Shown: positions 19,678 to 29,014, numbered from the stretch's first letter. The stretch: 64,000 bases of DNA from Promethearchaeota archaeon (GCA_016840165.1 JAEOSU010000051.1:128001-192000), one strand, 5' to 3'. Notes: generated by a model from the letters alone, not told the origin. Translations and numbers: made by a program.

Positions 19678-20304
19678 ATGGGTTTTCTCAAAGATATGAG
19701 TAAATGGCTTTCTGGGGGAAAAAAGAAAGATACTGTTCGTTCCGCCACCGTAAAATTAAAAGTATTTAACAAGCGATTGATGCGACAAACCAAGAAAATG
19801 GAAATGACTGCGAAACTAGCGAGAGATAAAGCGGTGAATTTACGCAAAAGTGGTGATATGGACGGCTCTGCTTTTCATGCAAGAAACTATCTTCAAGTAA
19901 AGAAACAATCAAGAGCAATAGACCACTTTAGAACCAATTTAGAAGGGATGGTCTTTAAATTGGAGCAAGCTACGGCTGTCAAAGATGTAGCTGATGTTAT
20001 GCATGGCATTGCCGCAAGTCTAAGTGCTTTAAAGAGTCAATTATCTATACCACAGCTTACTGACCTTATGGATAATATCGGAATCGACATGGAAGATTTT
20101 GATCTTACACAAGAAATAACCTCGGATGGAATTAGTGATATACAAATGGATTCTGCAGTCACTGACGATCAAGTTCGAGAAGTCTTAGGAGAGATTGATG
20201 CCGAGATTGGAGCTGAAATTGGAGGGGCCCTTCCCACAGTTGATCCCGATGGGAAAGTCAAAGAACTCGAAGAAGAACTAAATAAATTGAAATCAAGAGA
20301 TTAG
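19678..20304 (+). CDS. ESCRT-III Snf7-family protein, Vps2/24/46 class
   Basis: Amphipathic N-terminus MGFLKDMSKWL, basic helical hairpin, acidic C-terminal half, C-terminal MIM1-like ELEEELNKLK; divergent from vps4. Confidence 0.9.
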   Translation: MGFLKDMSKWLSGGKKKDTVRSATVKLKVFNKRLMRQTKKMEMTAKLARDKAVNLRKSGDMDGSAFHARNYLQVKKQSRAIDHFRTNLEGMVFKLEQATAVKDVADVMHGIAASLSALKSQLSIPQLTDLMDNIGIDMEDFDLTQEITSDGISDIQMDSAVTDDQVREVLGEIDAEIGAEIGGALPTVDPDGKVKELEEELNKLKSRD

Positions 20305-20389
20305 TCTTTTTTTAATAGAGCTCTCTTTTTTATAATATTTTGAAATTAGTTAGTCATTATATGATCTACAAATAATAATAAAATAAAGT

Positions 20390-20462
20390 TGATTTGGTTA
20401 AGTGTGGCTAACTTTTATGGATAAAATATCCTCTTTTTTTCCATCCTATCCATTCCAAATCA
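20390..20462 (-). promoter_or_regulatory. Structured 3' UTR element, candidate SECIS of the upstream selenoprotein gene
   Basis: Minus-strand RNA: outer stem UGAUUUGG/CCAAAUCA encloses a 12-bp stem AUGGAUAGGAUG/UAUUUUAUCCAU with loop GAAAAAAAGAGGA. The SECIS function is inferred. Confidence 0.4.
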
Positions 20463-20945
20463 TTATTTATTTATCTTTCTTAATTCAGCCAAAATATCCT
20501 CGTTTTTGGGGAGGTCTTTCATACTATCACTGTAATAGGCATATCGAATGATTCCTTGTTTATCGATGATTAATAATCCTGGCATCCTTCCTCCTTTCCA
20601 TATTCTTACTTGTTGTTTCAAAAGTTTCGGTATTTTTTTCGATGGATCATAAAAAATTGGATACTTGCGAGCATATTTTTGTTCCATCTTTTGAGCGTTT
20701 TTTTCATTATCAGCTAAAATGGGATATAAAAAAGCATCCAGTTCTTCAAATTTTTCAAGGTCTCTCCTTAACTCTGCTGCGTGCCATCTACAATATGGTC
20801 AATGAATATCCCTAAATAAAATTAGGATAACATTTTTGCTATTTTCGAACTCTCGGATATTTACTGTATTTCCTCTTGAATTTGGCAATTCAAATTCAGC
20901 GATTTTTGTACCAACTAATTGGAATTTATCTTTAATGATAATCAC
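20463..20945 (-). CDS. Peroxiredoxin-like (AhpC/TSA, redoxin) probable selenoprotein, UxxC motif, 160 aa
   Basis: The frame of the 74-aa track ORF extends upstream to GTG 20945 with one in-frame TGA (20799-20801, codon 49): VGTKIAEFELPNSRGNTVNIREF...VILILFRDIH-U-PYCRWH. The TGA aligns with the first Cys of the WCPYC motif. Confidence 0.85.
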
Positions 20946-21156
20946 ATTAAAATTGTGTCTTATTAAAAAAAAAGATACTTTTTCCTTTAAATAATTGAGT
21001 TTTATAATCCAAAATTTTTTAATAGCTACATTTTTATAAATAAGTTACCAAATTCTCCTTTCACTAAATCATCTTTTCTCTACATAAAATTATTATATCC
21101 TAAACACTATTCTTAATTTATTTGGAAAATCTTAAAATTATATATTAGTGGTTTAA

Positions 21157-22170
21157 TTGAATCCAGAGTTAATTACTATTGGAAGTTGTACACTCGATTG
21201 TATCATTCAAGTGAAAGATATTCTTCGCTTTGAACTATTTGATAAAGATGTTGTTAAAAAATATACTGCTATCGAATATAGTAGAAAACTGAATGTAGAA
21301 GATATCCGATTTGTTCCCGGTGGTTCAGGGGCAAATATTGCCGCAGATTGTGCTATGTTAGGGATTAAATCAACTTATATAGGGGTTATTGGAAAAGACT
21401 TTTCCGCTGAAATCTGTTTAGAAGATTTAAAAAAGAGAAATGTGGATATTTCACAGATCTACCAGACTGAAGAAGATAATACAGCGTTTTCTGTAATCTT
21501 AAAAACAGAATGGGGAAAAGATAGAAGTATATTGGCATACAAGGGCGCAAATAATTTACTTACACCCGATCATGTTAAAGAAAAACTTTTTAGTAATATT
21601 AAAGCTTTTGCGTGGAGTTCCCTTACTACAGAAAATGGTTGTAAGGCAATCGAAAAAGCGATAAGACTAACTAAAGATAATGGTGGTATGGTATTTGCAG
21701 CTCCTAGTATGTCTATTCTGAAAAATAATCCAAAATGGGCAAAAACTTTGATTACAAACTCCGATGTTGTGTCAATGAATGCAGAAGAAGCAGAAGAGTT
21801 CACTAAAGAACCCGAACGCTACTATGCGGTTAAAAAGATGATTGATCTTGGCCCTAAATTGGTATCAATCACAGATGGCGCTCGTGGTTCATTAGTGACA
21901 GATGGAGAAAAAATAATCAAGAGTGGTATATATAATGTTAATGTAATAGACACAACAGGTGCGGGAGATGCGTTTCTTAGTGGGATACTCCTATCAAAGT
22001 TAAATGGTTATTCATTAGAGAAAATGACACAAATTTCAACAGCAATGTCTTCCTTAGAATCTATGGAGATTGGGGTAAGAGAAGGATTACCAAGTAATCT
22101 TAGTGATATCGAAAAATTCATGTCGAAAAATAATCTTCAACAGAACGTTTCTTCATTGGCGGATTATTAA
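21157..22170 (+). CDS. PfkB-family carbohydrate kinase
   Basis: PGGSGANIA, N.EEA, ITDGARG and DTTGAGDAF motifs. Confidence 0.92.
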   Translation: MNPELITIGSCTLDCIIQVKDILRFELFDKDVVKKYTAIEYSRKLNVEDIRFVPGGSGANIAADCAMLGIKSTYIGVIGKDFSAEICLEDLKKRNVDISQIYQTEEDNTAFSVILKTEWGKDRSILAYKGANNLLTPDHVKEKLFSNIKAFAWSSLTTENGCKAIEKAIRLTKDNGGMVFAAPSMSILKNNPKWAKTLITNSDVVSMNAEEAEEFTKEPERYYAVKKMIDLGPKLVSITDGARGSLVTDGEKIIKSGIYNVNVIDTTGAGDAFLSGILLSKLNGYSLEKMTQISTAMSSLESMEIGVREGLPSNLSDIEKFMSKNNLQQNVSSLADY

Positions 22171-22189
22171 TAGATAAAATTAAATAAGA

Positions 22190-22291
22190 TGCGCCGCCCG
22201 GGAGTTTCAAATTGTGTCGAAGTTACACAATTTATTGAACCCGGGTCGCCAAGTTGGCAACCTGGCATACTGACCACTATACTAGCAGCGC
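22190..22291 (-). tRNA. tRNA-Gly(GCC) with 30-nt intron at position 59/60 (22204-22233)
   Basis: Acceptor GCGCTGC/GCGGCGC-A; D arm TAGTATAGTGGTCAGTATG; anticodon arm CCAGG-TTGCCAA-CTTGG; T arm CCGGG-TTCAAT^T-CCCGG interrupted by a hairpin intron with a strict BHB. Confidence 0.95.
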
Positions 22292-22428
22292 AGAATTTAG
22301 TAGAAATATGATATTTAATTCACATTTTTCTATATATCATAATATATTATAAAAAATTAAAATTTATTGATTTCAATTAAGTAATTTTTAATTGAAAATT
22401 TTGGATCTCTTAACTAGAGATAAATATT

Positions 22429-23622
22429 TCATAGATACTCCTTTTTTACTCGTGTGAAAAGGGTAAATATTAGAATAGCGACTCCAATAAACAGAAATAT
22501 GTAAAAAGTGTTTATTGTTCCTATCATCGCTATTATAAAAAACATTATTGCCATAAAAAAGCTTCGAAACATATTTATTGTGCTCAAAACTGTTGCTCGT
22601 TCCTCTGCTTCTATTTGTTTATTGATACCATGAACATAGATCAAATATCGTGGATAACCAAATGCTACAATCATCAATATGAGAAATATCCCAAGGAATG
22701 GATTAGTATTGAGACCCATGATAACAAAAGTGATCCCATTTATTAAATCAATAACGATTAAAAATATTAACTTATTTCTGACTTTTTTAAGTATCCTAGG
22801 GATACTAAAACTAAAAATGGCATTAGTAATGTTCATACCAGCAGAAATAAATCCCCACCATACAAAGGGAATTCCAAGAGCTTGAAGATAAGGCTGATAT
22901 GTCCAAAATAGTAAAAAAATTAAACTATTAATAAACAATCGGTCAATGCACAAAATAGTCAAGATCTTGTTATGCTTTAATTCTATAAATCCTTGTTTGA
23001 TGATTTTTAAATAACTTTTCTTTTCATCTTCTTTTCTCCGAAAAGGAGGTTCTTTAAATGTAAGTGCTACAATTAGACTACCTATGAATATAAATGCCAG
23101 ACATGTCATGGTAAATTGAAGTGAGATATACTCCGCAATAATAGAACCAAGCGGAGCAGATAAAGTCAAAGCAATCAAATTGATTGTTTGATTATTCCCT
23201 AAGACTTTAGAAATCTTGTGTTCAGCTTTATAACTTTTTAGAGAACTATATAAAAATGCCTCGTCTGTTCCAGAGGATAAAGCAATACTTAGAGCCCATA
23301 AAGTTTCTGCTAAATAGAAAAGTAGGATATAAGGATAAATACTATAAGCAAATGCAGCTCCAATTACGCAAAAGGAAGAAAGAATAAGAGCCCTTTTCCT
23401 CCCAACAAAATCTGCTATCGCACCGGAAGGGATTTCAAAGATAAAAATAATAAACATGAAATAACTTTGTAACGCCAGTATTTGGAATAAATCTAAACCC
23501 CCCCACTCAGTCATATAGGCAAAATAAACTCCCCTAACAGTATGAATTCCAAAAATGAATTGGTAGATATAATATTTATAAATGTTTGACTTAAAGCTGG
23601 GAGTTTTATGCTCGTCAGACAT
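22429..23622 (-). CDS. MFS transporter
   Basis: About 12 TM segments; FEIPSGAIADFVGRK motif A, SGTDEAFLY and RATVLS. Confidence 0.9.
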   Translation of the reverse strand: MSDEHKTPSFKSNIYKYYIYQFIFGIHTVRGVYFAYMTEWGGLDLFQILALQSYFMFIIFIFEIPSGAIADFVGRKRALILSSFCVIGAAFAYSIYPYILLFYLAETLWALSIALSSGTDEAFLYSSLKSYKAEHKISKVLGNNQTINLIALTLSAPLGSIIAEYISLQFTMTCLAFIFIGSLIVALTFKEPPFRRKEDEKKSYLKIIKQGFIELKHNKILTILCIDRLFINSLIFLLFWTYQPYLQALGIPFVWWGFISAGMNITNAIFSFSIPRILKKVRNKLIFLIVIDLINGITFVIMGLNTNPFLGIFLILMIVAFGYPRYLIYVHGINKQIEAEERATVLSTINMFRSFFMAIMFFIIAMIGTINTFYIFLFIGVAILIFTLFTRVKKEYL

Positions 23623-23782
23623 CGGTGTTCTTTCGAATATTTAATTATATTATACTATTTTCCATAATTTATATAGAAATCTCTTTGAAGTATTACTGAT
23701 TTATTGAAGTAGAAAAATTGGGAGAGTTTGGAGGATTAGTAAAAGATATAATGAAACTTCAATTTATTAAAATTACAAAGTT

Positions 23783-24286
23783 ATGACAAACATTAGAAAA
23801 CTAGTTATTTCTCTTACATTACCGATATTAGTGACTATTATCATACCGTTAGTGATTCTTTTATTATTTGATCGAACTTTTATTACACGATTATATAAAT
23901 TGCATATACTCCAAATTATTTTTGGTATATTTTTTATGATAATTGGACTTATCTTACTAATTTGGTGTATATCTCTCTTTTTCTCATCTGGAAATGGCAC
24001 CTTAATGCCAATTTCAAAATTAGAAACCCAAAAATTAGTGATAAAAGGACCATATAGATATATCCGACATCCTATGATTCTTGGAGTAATTATTATTCTT
24101 TTAGGAGAGTCGGTTTTATTTGGATCTTGGTGGCTATTAGGATTTAGCATATTTTTTTTCATTTTAAACCTTATATACCTTCCGCTGGTCGAAGAAAAAG
24201 GATTAGAAAAAAGGTTTGGTGATGAATATTTACAGTATAAAGCTAAAGTTCATGGTTGGTTGCCAATAAAAAAGTATGAATCATGA
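23783..24286 (+). CDS. Isoprenylcysteine carboxyl methyltransferase / PEMT-family membrane protein
   Basis: G.GT..P, LVIKGPYRYIRHPM and EEKGLEKRFGDEYLQY motifs. Confidence 0.88.
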   Translation: MTNIRKLVISLTLPILVTIIIPLVILLLFDRTFITRLYKLHILQIIFGIFFMIIGLILLIWCISLFFSSGNGTLMPISKLETQKLVIKGPYRYIRHPMILGVIIILLGESVLFGSWWLLGFSIFFFILNLIYLPLVEEKGLEKRFGDEYLQYKAKVHGWLPIKKYES

Positions 24287-24345
24287 AGACAAGTGCAAAA
24301 ATTGACCTCCTAAATATTTAATACATTCTCAAAATTGTATCTAAT

Positions 24346-25596
24346 GTGAATATCATGTCCTATTTAAATTTGATTGAATTATTACAAAAAATGGGATTAT
24401 CTCCGAAAGATCTTTCAGGAGAGGTCGCTCTTATCACGGGAGGCGGTCAAGGTATTGGAAAAGAACTATCAAGAGCTTTAGCATGGTTAGGAGCAAAAGT
24501 TGTTATTGCTGAAATTGCTGATACTGGTAAAGATGTTGAAGATTTAATCAAATCAGAAGGTGGAGAAGCAGTTTTCATAAAAACAGATGTATCAAGTGAG
24601 AAGAGTATGAGAGAATTATTTAAAAAAAGCCATCAGATCTATGGTAAAGTAGACATTCTCATCAATAACGCGATTATTTATACTATCGGGTCAATTAAAG
24701 ACCAACCAATTGACAATTGGATAAAAGTGTTAAATGTTAATTTGTTTGGTGCAGTACTTGGTATAAAATTATTTTTACCGGAAATGCTTAATAGGAAGCG
24801 AGGTGTCATAGTAACTATAACCTCAGATGAGGGGACTGCTTATTTGGCTCCCTATTCGGCTTCAAAATCAGCTCTACAATCTTTAGGATATTCTCTGGCT
24901 AGTGAATTAGGAGAAAATAGTGGTATCTCCACTTTCATTTTTGGACCTGGATTAGTTGACACTCCAGGGGGGAAATATGCATTTGAAAAATTAGCCCCTC
25001 TCTATAAAGTTAGTTTTGACGAATTTATAAAACTGGGAAGTGCAGGAGGATTTGATGGGATGATGCCTGTACAATATTGTGCCTCTGGCTTTGCCTATGC
25101 GATTGTTCATGCTCAAGAATATCATGGACAAATTATTGACCCTTTTAGACCTTTGGGTAAATTTGGCCTATTACCTAAAATAAATGACCAGAAAAGTGAA
25201 GAATCTCTTTCCATAACATCAATGTCATCCGCATTAGAAGCTGCAATAGGGTTAAAGAAAGTTTTAAACGCTGTTAAAAAAGAAACTGGAGAATTGAATT
25301 TTTTTGCAAGAAAATGGATGGAAAAAGTCTATGCTAAAAGAACAAGTTTATCCATCCAAGATTGGCTTGATACTATTGATGATGTTATCAAACTTTTTAA
25401 AAATAAAGATTTGGATACATTCTCCACAAAACACGAGTGGTTACTATCGATTTTAAGGAAACTTGAGAAAAACTTTGAACAGACCAAAAATGATGCGAAA
25501 GGTTATATAAAGGACGAAGAAAATTTGAAAGAAGCATTGCAAGTTATTGAATATCGAAGAAAGTCCGTTGAAATCTTGTTAAATGAACTATCTTAG
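24346..25596 (+). CDS. SDR-family oxidoreductase with ~130-aa helical C-terminal extension
   Basis: TGGGQGIG, DILINNA, YSASK and PG.VDT motifs. Confidence 0.85.
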   Translation: MNIMSYLNLIELLQKMGLSPKDLSGEVALITGGGQGIGKELSRALAWLGAKVVIAEIADTGKDVEDLIKSEGGEAVFIKTDVSSEKSMRELFKKSHQIYGKVDILINNAIIYTIGSIKDQPIDNWIKVLNVNLFGAVLGIKLFLPEMLNRKRGVIVTITSDEGTAYLAPYSASKSALQSLGYSLASELGENSGISTFIFGPGLVDTPGGKYAFEKLAPLYKVSFDEFIKLGSAGGFDGMMPVQYCASGFAYAIVHAQEYHGQIIDPFRPLGKFGLLPKINDQKSEESLSITSMSSALEAAIGLKKVLNAVKKETGELNFFARKWMEKVYAKRTSLSIQDWLDTIDDVIKLFKNKDLDTFSTKHEWLLSILRKLEKNFEQTKNDAKGYIKDEENLKEALQVIEYRRKSVEILLNELS

Positions 25597-25607
25597 ATGG
25601 GTTTTTC

Positions 25608-25631
25608 TTCGTGAAATCCACCTTTCACGAA
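25608..25631. terminator. Perfect 9-bp hairpin between convergent genes
   Basis: TTCGTGAAA-TCCACC-TTTCACGAA followed by a T-rich tract. Confidence 0.5.
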
Positions 25632-25679
25632 TATTACTTTTTCTTTATAATAAAATTAAAATTAAAAAAAAAATGAAAA

Positions 25680-27386
25680 TTATTCTTTTTTTCTTTTGAA
25701 CTTAAAGAGAATAGGTTCTTTCAATCCATAGTGGAGCGCAAAAAAGCCTATACATAATATAAATAGTGAAATTCCAGGCCATAAAGCTGCCCATGGTGAA
25801 TTAACTATGTGTGATCTCGCAAATAAGACACTAGTCCCTAAATGGAAAAATAGTAATGGATCAATAGGACCTAAGAAATATAATGCCTCAATAAACAATA
25901 TTGAAAATCCCATGAACAATGGAATATATGTTATAACTTTCTTTATAAGAGATTTTAAGTCAAATTCGCCTCTCCCAAACAGAATACTAAATCCCGGAAT
26001 TAAGAAGAGCCCCACCAGTGCTACAAACATAAGCGTATCTATTCCAATAATCTCAATCAAGGATATCAATAGGATAATAATCGGTACAGAAAAAATAAGC
26101 GTTAATATTGCTAGAATCACTGCCTTTATTAATCTATGAAGTCGGGATAAAAATCCAAAAATTAACCCTCCTAATATTCCAATCAATACTGGTAGGATTC
26201 CTGTTATTAAAGCAATCTTAGTTCCATATACTATTAATGCTAAAACATCTCGACCCATAAAGCTCTGCCCCAAAGGATGCTCAGGAGAAGGGGGATCGTA
26301 TGCACCAGATATTGGTGTAGAGAGTTGTTCATATGAAAAAGGGGTTAATATCATTGGAAATATTGATATTATTATTGCAAATCCTACAATAACTAAGCCT
26401 ATAACTGTAAGTGGTGATTTTAAGCGTTTGATTAAAAAATCTTTTAAATCTTTACCAAAAGTCCTCTCATTACGATTATCTTCACCCCAATACTCTTCAT
26501 TTAATTCAGTAAAATGTACTAGATCCTTCCATTTTGTATCCTCAATTAAAAAACCATATACTGTGAAGCTTAAGGTAGAAATGAGTACTGGTATCAATAT
26601 AAGAAATAACATTATTGATATGGTTGTTCTGAAAACATAGTAATCTTGATTATAAATTGATGTAAAGAGGATGTTTCCTAAGCCATTAAGATTAAAAACT
26701 GCTTCGAGAACTAAACTGGCTGCAAAAATCAAATTAATATTAAAGCACAACTTTAACACATTTGAAGGGAGATAATGTCTCTCCTTTATATCAACAAAAT
26801 TTGAACGAAATTGTCGTGTCATTAGTAATGTTGTAATTATAAATAAAATTATGCCTGGAAGGACGGGATCCATCGTCGTAGGGAATAGATCTAATATATG
26901 TCCAAGAACTAGCTGGGAAGATAACCCAATATAAAAAATCGGTACTGAAATTCCTAATATTATCAGAATTTGAAAAATAATTTTAACGAATTTATACCTA
27001 ATTTTTACGGAAAGTATTCCAAGAAGCAATCCTACGACAATTCCGAAGATTATTGGCCAGACGGTAAAATCAAGACTCCTTACTATTCTTGGGATCACCA
27101 TTTCATAGACGGACATGCCTTTTACTATAGTATCTGAGAGCCCCCAATCCCAGGATAGCATTTGAAGAATAAATCTTAAAAACTGAAAAATTAGTGGATC
27201 ATTGAACCCTAACATTTGTTTCGCGGCATCATATTGTTCTTGTGTAAATGTTGATGGAAGGTATGCTAAAACGGGATCCGCTGGAAAAATTGTCATAACC
27301 AGGAAAATAACATACAATCCTACAAAAACCATAGCTAAAGGAACGAAAATACTATATACTAAATTTTTAACTATTTTTGGAATCAA
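25680..27386 (-). CDS. Fused DppB/OppB + DppC/OppC ABC permease
   Basis: N-half P.DP..A.L...LG..P...QF..F...WG.S and E.VF...GLG; C-half PPS.EHPLG....GRDVL...YG and PW..LWPG. Confidence 0.85.
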   Translation of the reverse strand: MIPKIVKNLVYSIFVPLAMVFVGLYVIFLVMTIFPADPVLAYLPSTFTQEQYDAAKQMLGFNDPLIFQFLRFILQMLSWDWGLSDTIVKGMSVYEMVIPRIVRSLDFTVWPIIFGIVVGLLLGILSVKIRYKFVKIIFQILIILGISVPIFYIGLSSQLVLGHILDLFPTTMDPVLPGIILFIITTLLMTRQFRSNFVDIKERHYLPSNVLKLCFNINLIFAASLVLEAVFNLNGLGNILFTSIYNQDYYVFRTTISIMLFLILIPVLISTLSFTVYGFLIEDTKWKDLVHFTELNEEYWGEDNRNERTFGKDLKDFLIKRLKSPLTVIGLVIVGFAIIISIFPMILTPFSYEQLSTPISGAYDPPSPEHPLGQSFMGRDVLALIVYGTKIALITGILPVLIGILGGLIFGFLSRLHRLIKAVILAILTLIFSVPIIILLISLIEIIGIDTLMFVALVGLFLIPGFSILFGRGEFDLKSLIKKVITYIPLFMGFSILFIEALYFLGPIDPLLFFHLGTSVLFARSHIVNSPWAALWPGISLFILCIGFFALHYGLKEPILFKFKRKKE

Positions 27387-27462
27387 AGTTTTTCGCCAAT
27401 AATTTTATTGTAATAAAATTCATTAATAATTAAGATGTTTCTTTATATAAAGCTTAGGACTT

Positions 27463-28317
27463 TTACAATGTCCCAAGGAAATTTGAGATTTCGGAAGTCT
27501 TTGGAATCTCCACCTTGAAATAGTTCTCTACTATTTCATATAAAAATTCCAAATATGGCATTGAGACTTTAACGTTATGTTTTTTCTCTAATTCTTCTAT
27601 TATTTGGCGAGAAAATACTTTTTTCCCTTTTTCAAGCTTTTGAATTATCTCCACGGTTGAATTAGACAATTCGAAAGTTTTTTTGAGTTCATTCTTTAAA
27701 ATAATTATACTCGAGGTAGGGTCATACTCACTTATAAATCGTTGAGCAATTGCCTTCTCAACATTCAACTTCTTTTTATTAAAAAGCTTGAGTGGATCAC
27801 TTAACACCTCGCTTCCCTTTAAAATTACCCTATCCTTATAATTTTCCTTTTGAAAATGACTTTTTTTCGCAAATTGAATATTGAGTTCATAAGAATCTTT
27901 AGTGATATAACTAAAAAACTCTTTAAATTTCTCAAATAAAAAGTCCTGGTCTGAAATAAATAGAATTTTACTATTATAAATCATTGCATGAAAAATATAG
28001 GCAAGGTTTGTAACAGTTAGGTTCAATTTGATTAAACTTACATCAATTAAATCGGTTAATGATTTATCTACCCCCTCTTCTTCTTTTGATTCAACAACTG
28101 GTAATTCAATCTGAAAGTCGGCGGTATATGTATCACGGACAGTTAAGTTTTTATCCACGTATGCAATAAAAGAATGTGAGCATACAATTCCCTCTGTGAT
28201 ATTAACCGCAAATAGACCTCTGGTACTACTTTTTACTTCCTCTTCTGAAACCTCTATTTTCCCTCTCTTTGAACAAGTTGGGCATCGAATCTCAAGTTTG
28301 ACCATAATCTTCCCCAC
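27463..28317 (-). CDS. Hypothetical protein with N-terminal Zn finger (CPTC...CSH) and possible DENN-like core
   Basis: CPTC and VCSHSFIAYVDKN; LAYIFHAMIYNSKILFISD resembles the cDENN strand-helix motif (weak). Confidence 0.6.
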   Translation of the reverse strand: MGKIMVKLEIRCPTCSKRGKIEVSEEEVKSSTRGLFAVNITEGIVCSHSFIAYVDKNLTVRDTYTADFQIELPVVESKEEEGVDKSLTDLIDVSLIKLNLTVTNLAYIFHAMIYNSKILFISDQDFLFEKFKEFFSYITKDSYELNIQFAKKSHFQKENYKDRVILKGSEVLSDPLKLFNKKKLNVEKAIAQRFISEYDPTSSIIILKNELKKTFELSNSTVEIIQKLEKGKKVFSRQIIEELEKKHNVKVSMPYLEFLYEIVENYFKVEIPKTSEISNFLGTL

Positions 28318-28417
28318 TATCGAACAGCTAATGAACTGTTATGATTTTAAAATTGATATAATATTTAGATTATGATATAACTAACTTAATTCAACTATAT
28401 AAATTTTAATTATAGCT

Positions 28418-28897
28418 TTAATATCTTCTTACTCTTCCATATCGTTTTTCAATTAAATTAGCGATTAGTAAACATATTACTGTTGCGAAAACTTCTCCTA
28501 CTAAAAACGATGTTGCCTTATCTAAAAAAGTAGCGCTAAAGAAGTAAGAGATAAAAAACAATGCCATAAAAATTGAAAACATAATGAGTAATGGTCTTAC
28601 AACAGGAAAATATAAGAATCGTTGGAATTTTGAGGAAATTCCTTGAGACTTTTGAAACCGAGTCTTCAATTTTCGGTTTCTCTCCACCTGGGCATAGGAT
28701 TCAAACACGATCATTGAACCAAACAATAAGCCAATTGTAACTCCCAAAGGAATCAAAGTAACTACGAATAGATTCCCAACATTTAGAAGATATTGAGCAA
28801 TAAATATGAATAATACTTGAAATACTCCACATGCTCCTAAAAGCATCATCGCGAATGGAAAATATTTTTTCGTTGTCCAGCGAACTCGAATTGGCAT
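28418..28897 (-). CDS. Hypothetical 4-TM membrane protein
   Basis: Four hydrophobic segments; ATG 28897 preferred over TTG 28918. Confidence 0.7.
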   Translation of the reverse strand: MPIRVRWTTKKYFPFAMMLLGACGVFQVLFIFIAQYLLNVGNLFVVTLIPLGVTIGLLFGSMIVFESYAQVERNRKLKTRFQKSQGISSKFQRFLYFPVVRPLLIMFSIFMALFFISYFFSATFLDKATSFLVGEVFATVICLLIANLIEKRYGRVRRY

Positions 28898-28940
28898 AAT
28901 TTTATAACTCGTATACAATTTTATTATTTATTTTATATAA

Positions 28941-29014
28941 TGGGCCCGGCGTGAGTTGAACACGCGACCTTCCGCACGTCAAGCGGACGTCATACCAGGC
29001 TAGACCACGGGCCC
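28941..29014 (-). tRNA. tRNA-Val(GAC), no intron, CCA not encoded
   Basis: GGGCCCG/CGGGCCC-A acceptor; TCCGC-TTGACGT-GCGGA anticodon arm; GCGTG-TTCAACT-CACGC T arm. Confidence 0.95.

Noticed and set aside
20463-20687. 74-aa ORF as a stand-alone gene, or the locus as a pseudogene
   Set aside because: It is the C-terminal part of a longer frame whose only interruption is a TGA at the catalytic Cys position, which is better explained by selenocysteine.
22292-28940. Integrated element between the two tRNA genes
   Set aside because: No integrase and no direct repeat of a tRNA 3' end was seen; gene content is ordinary.
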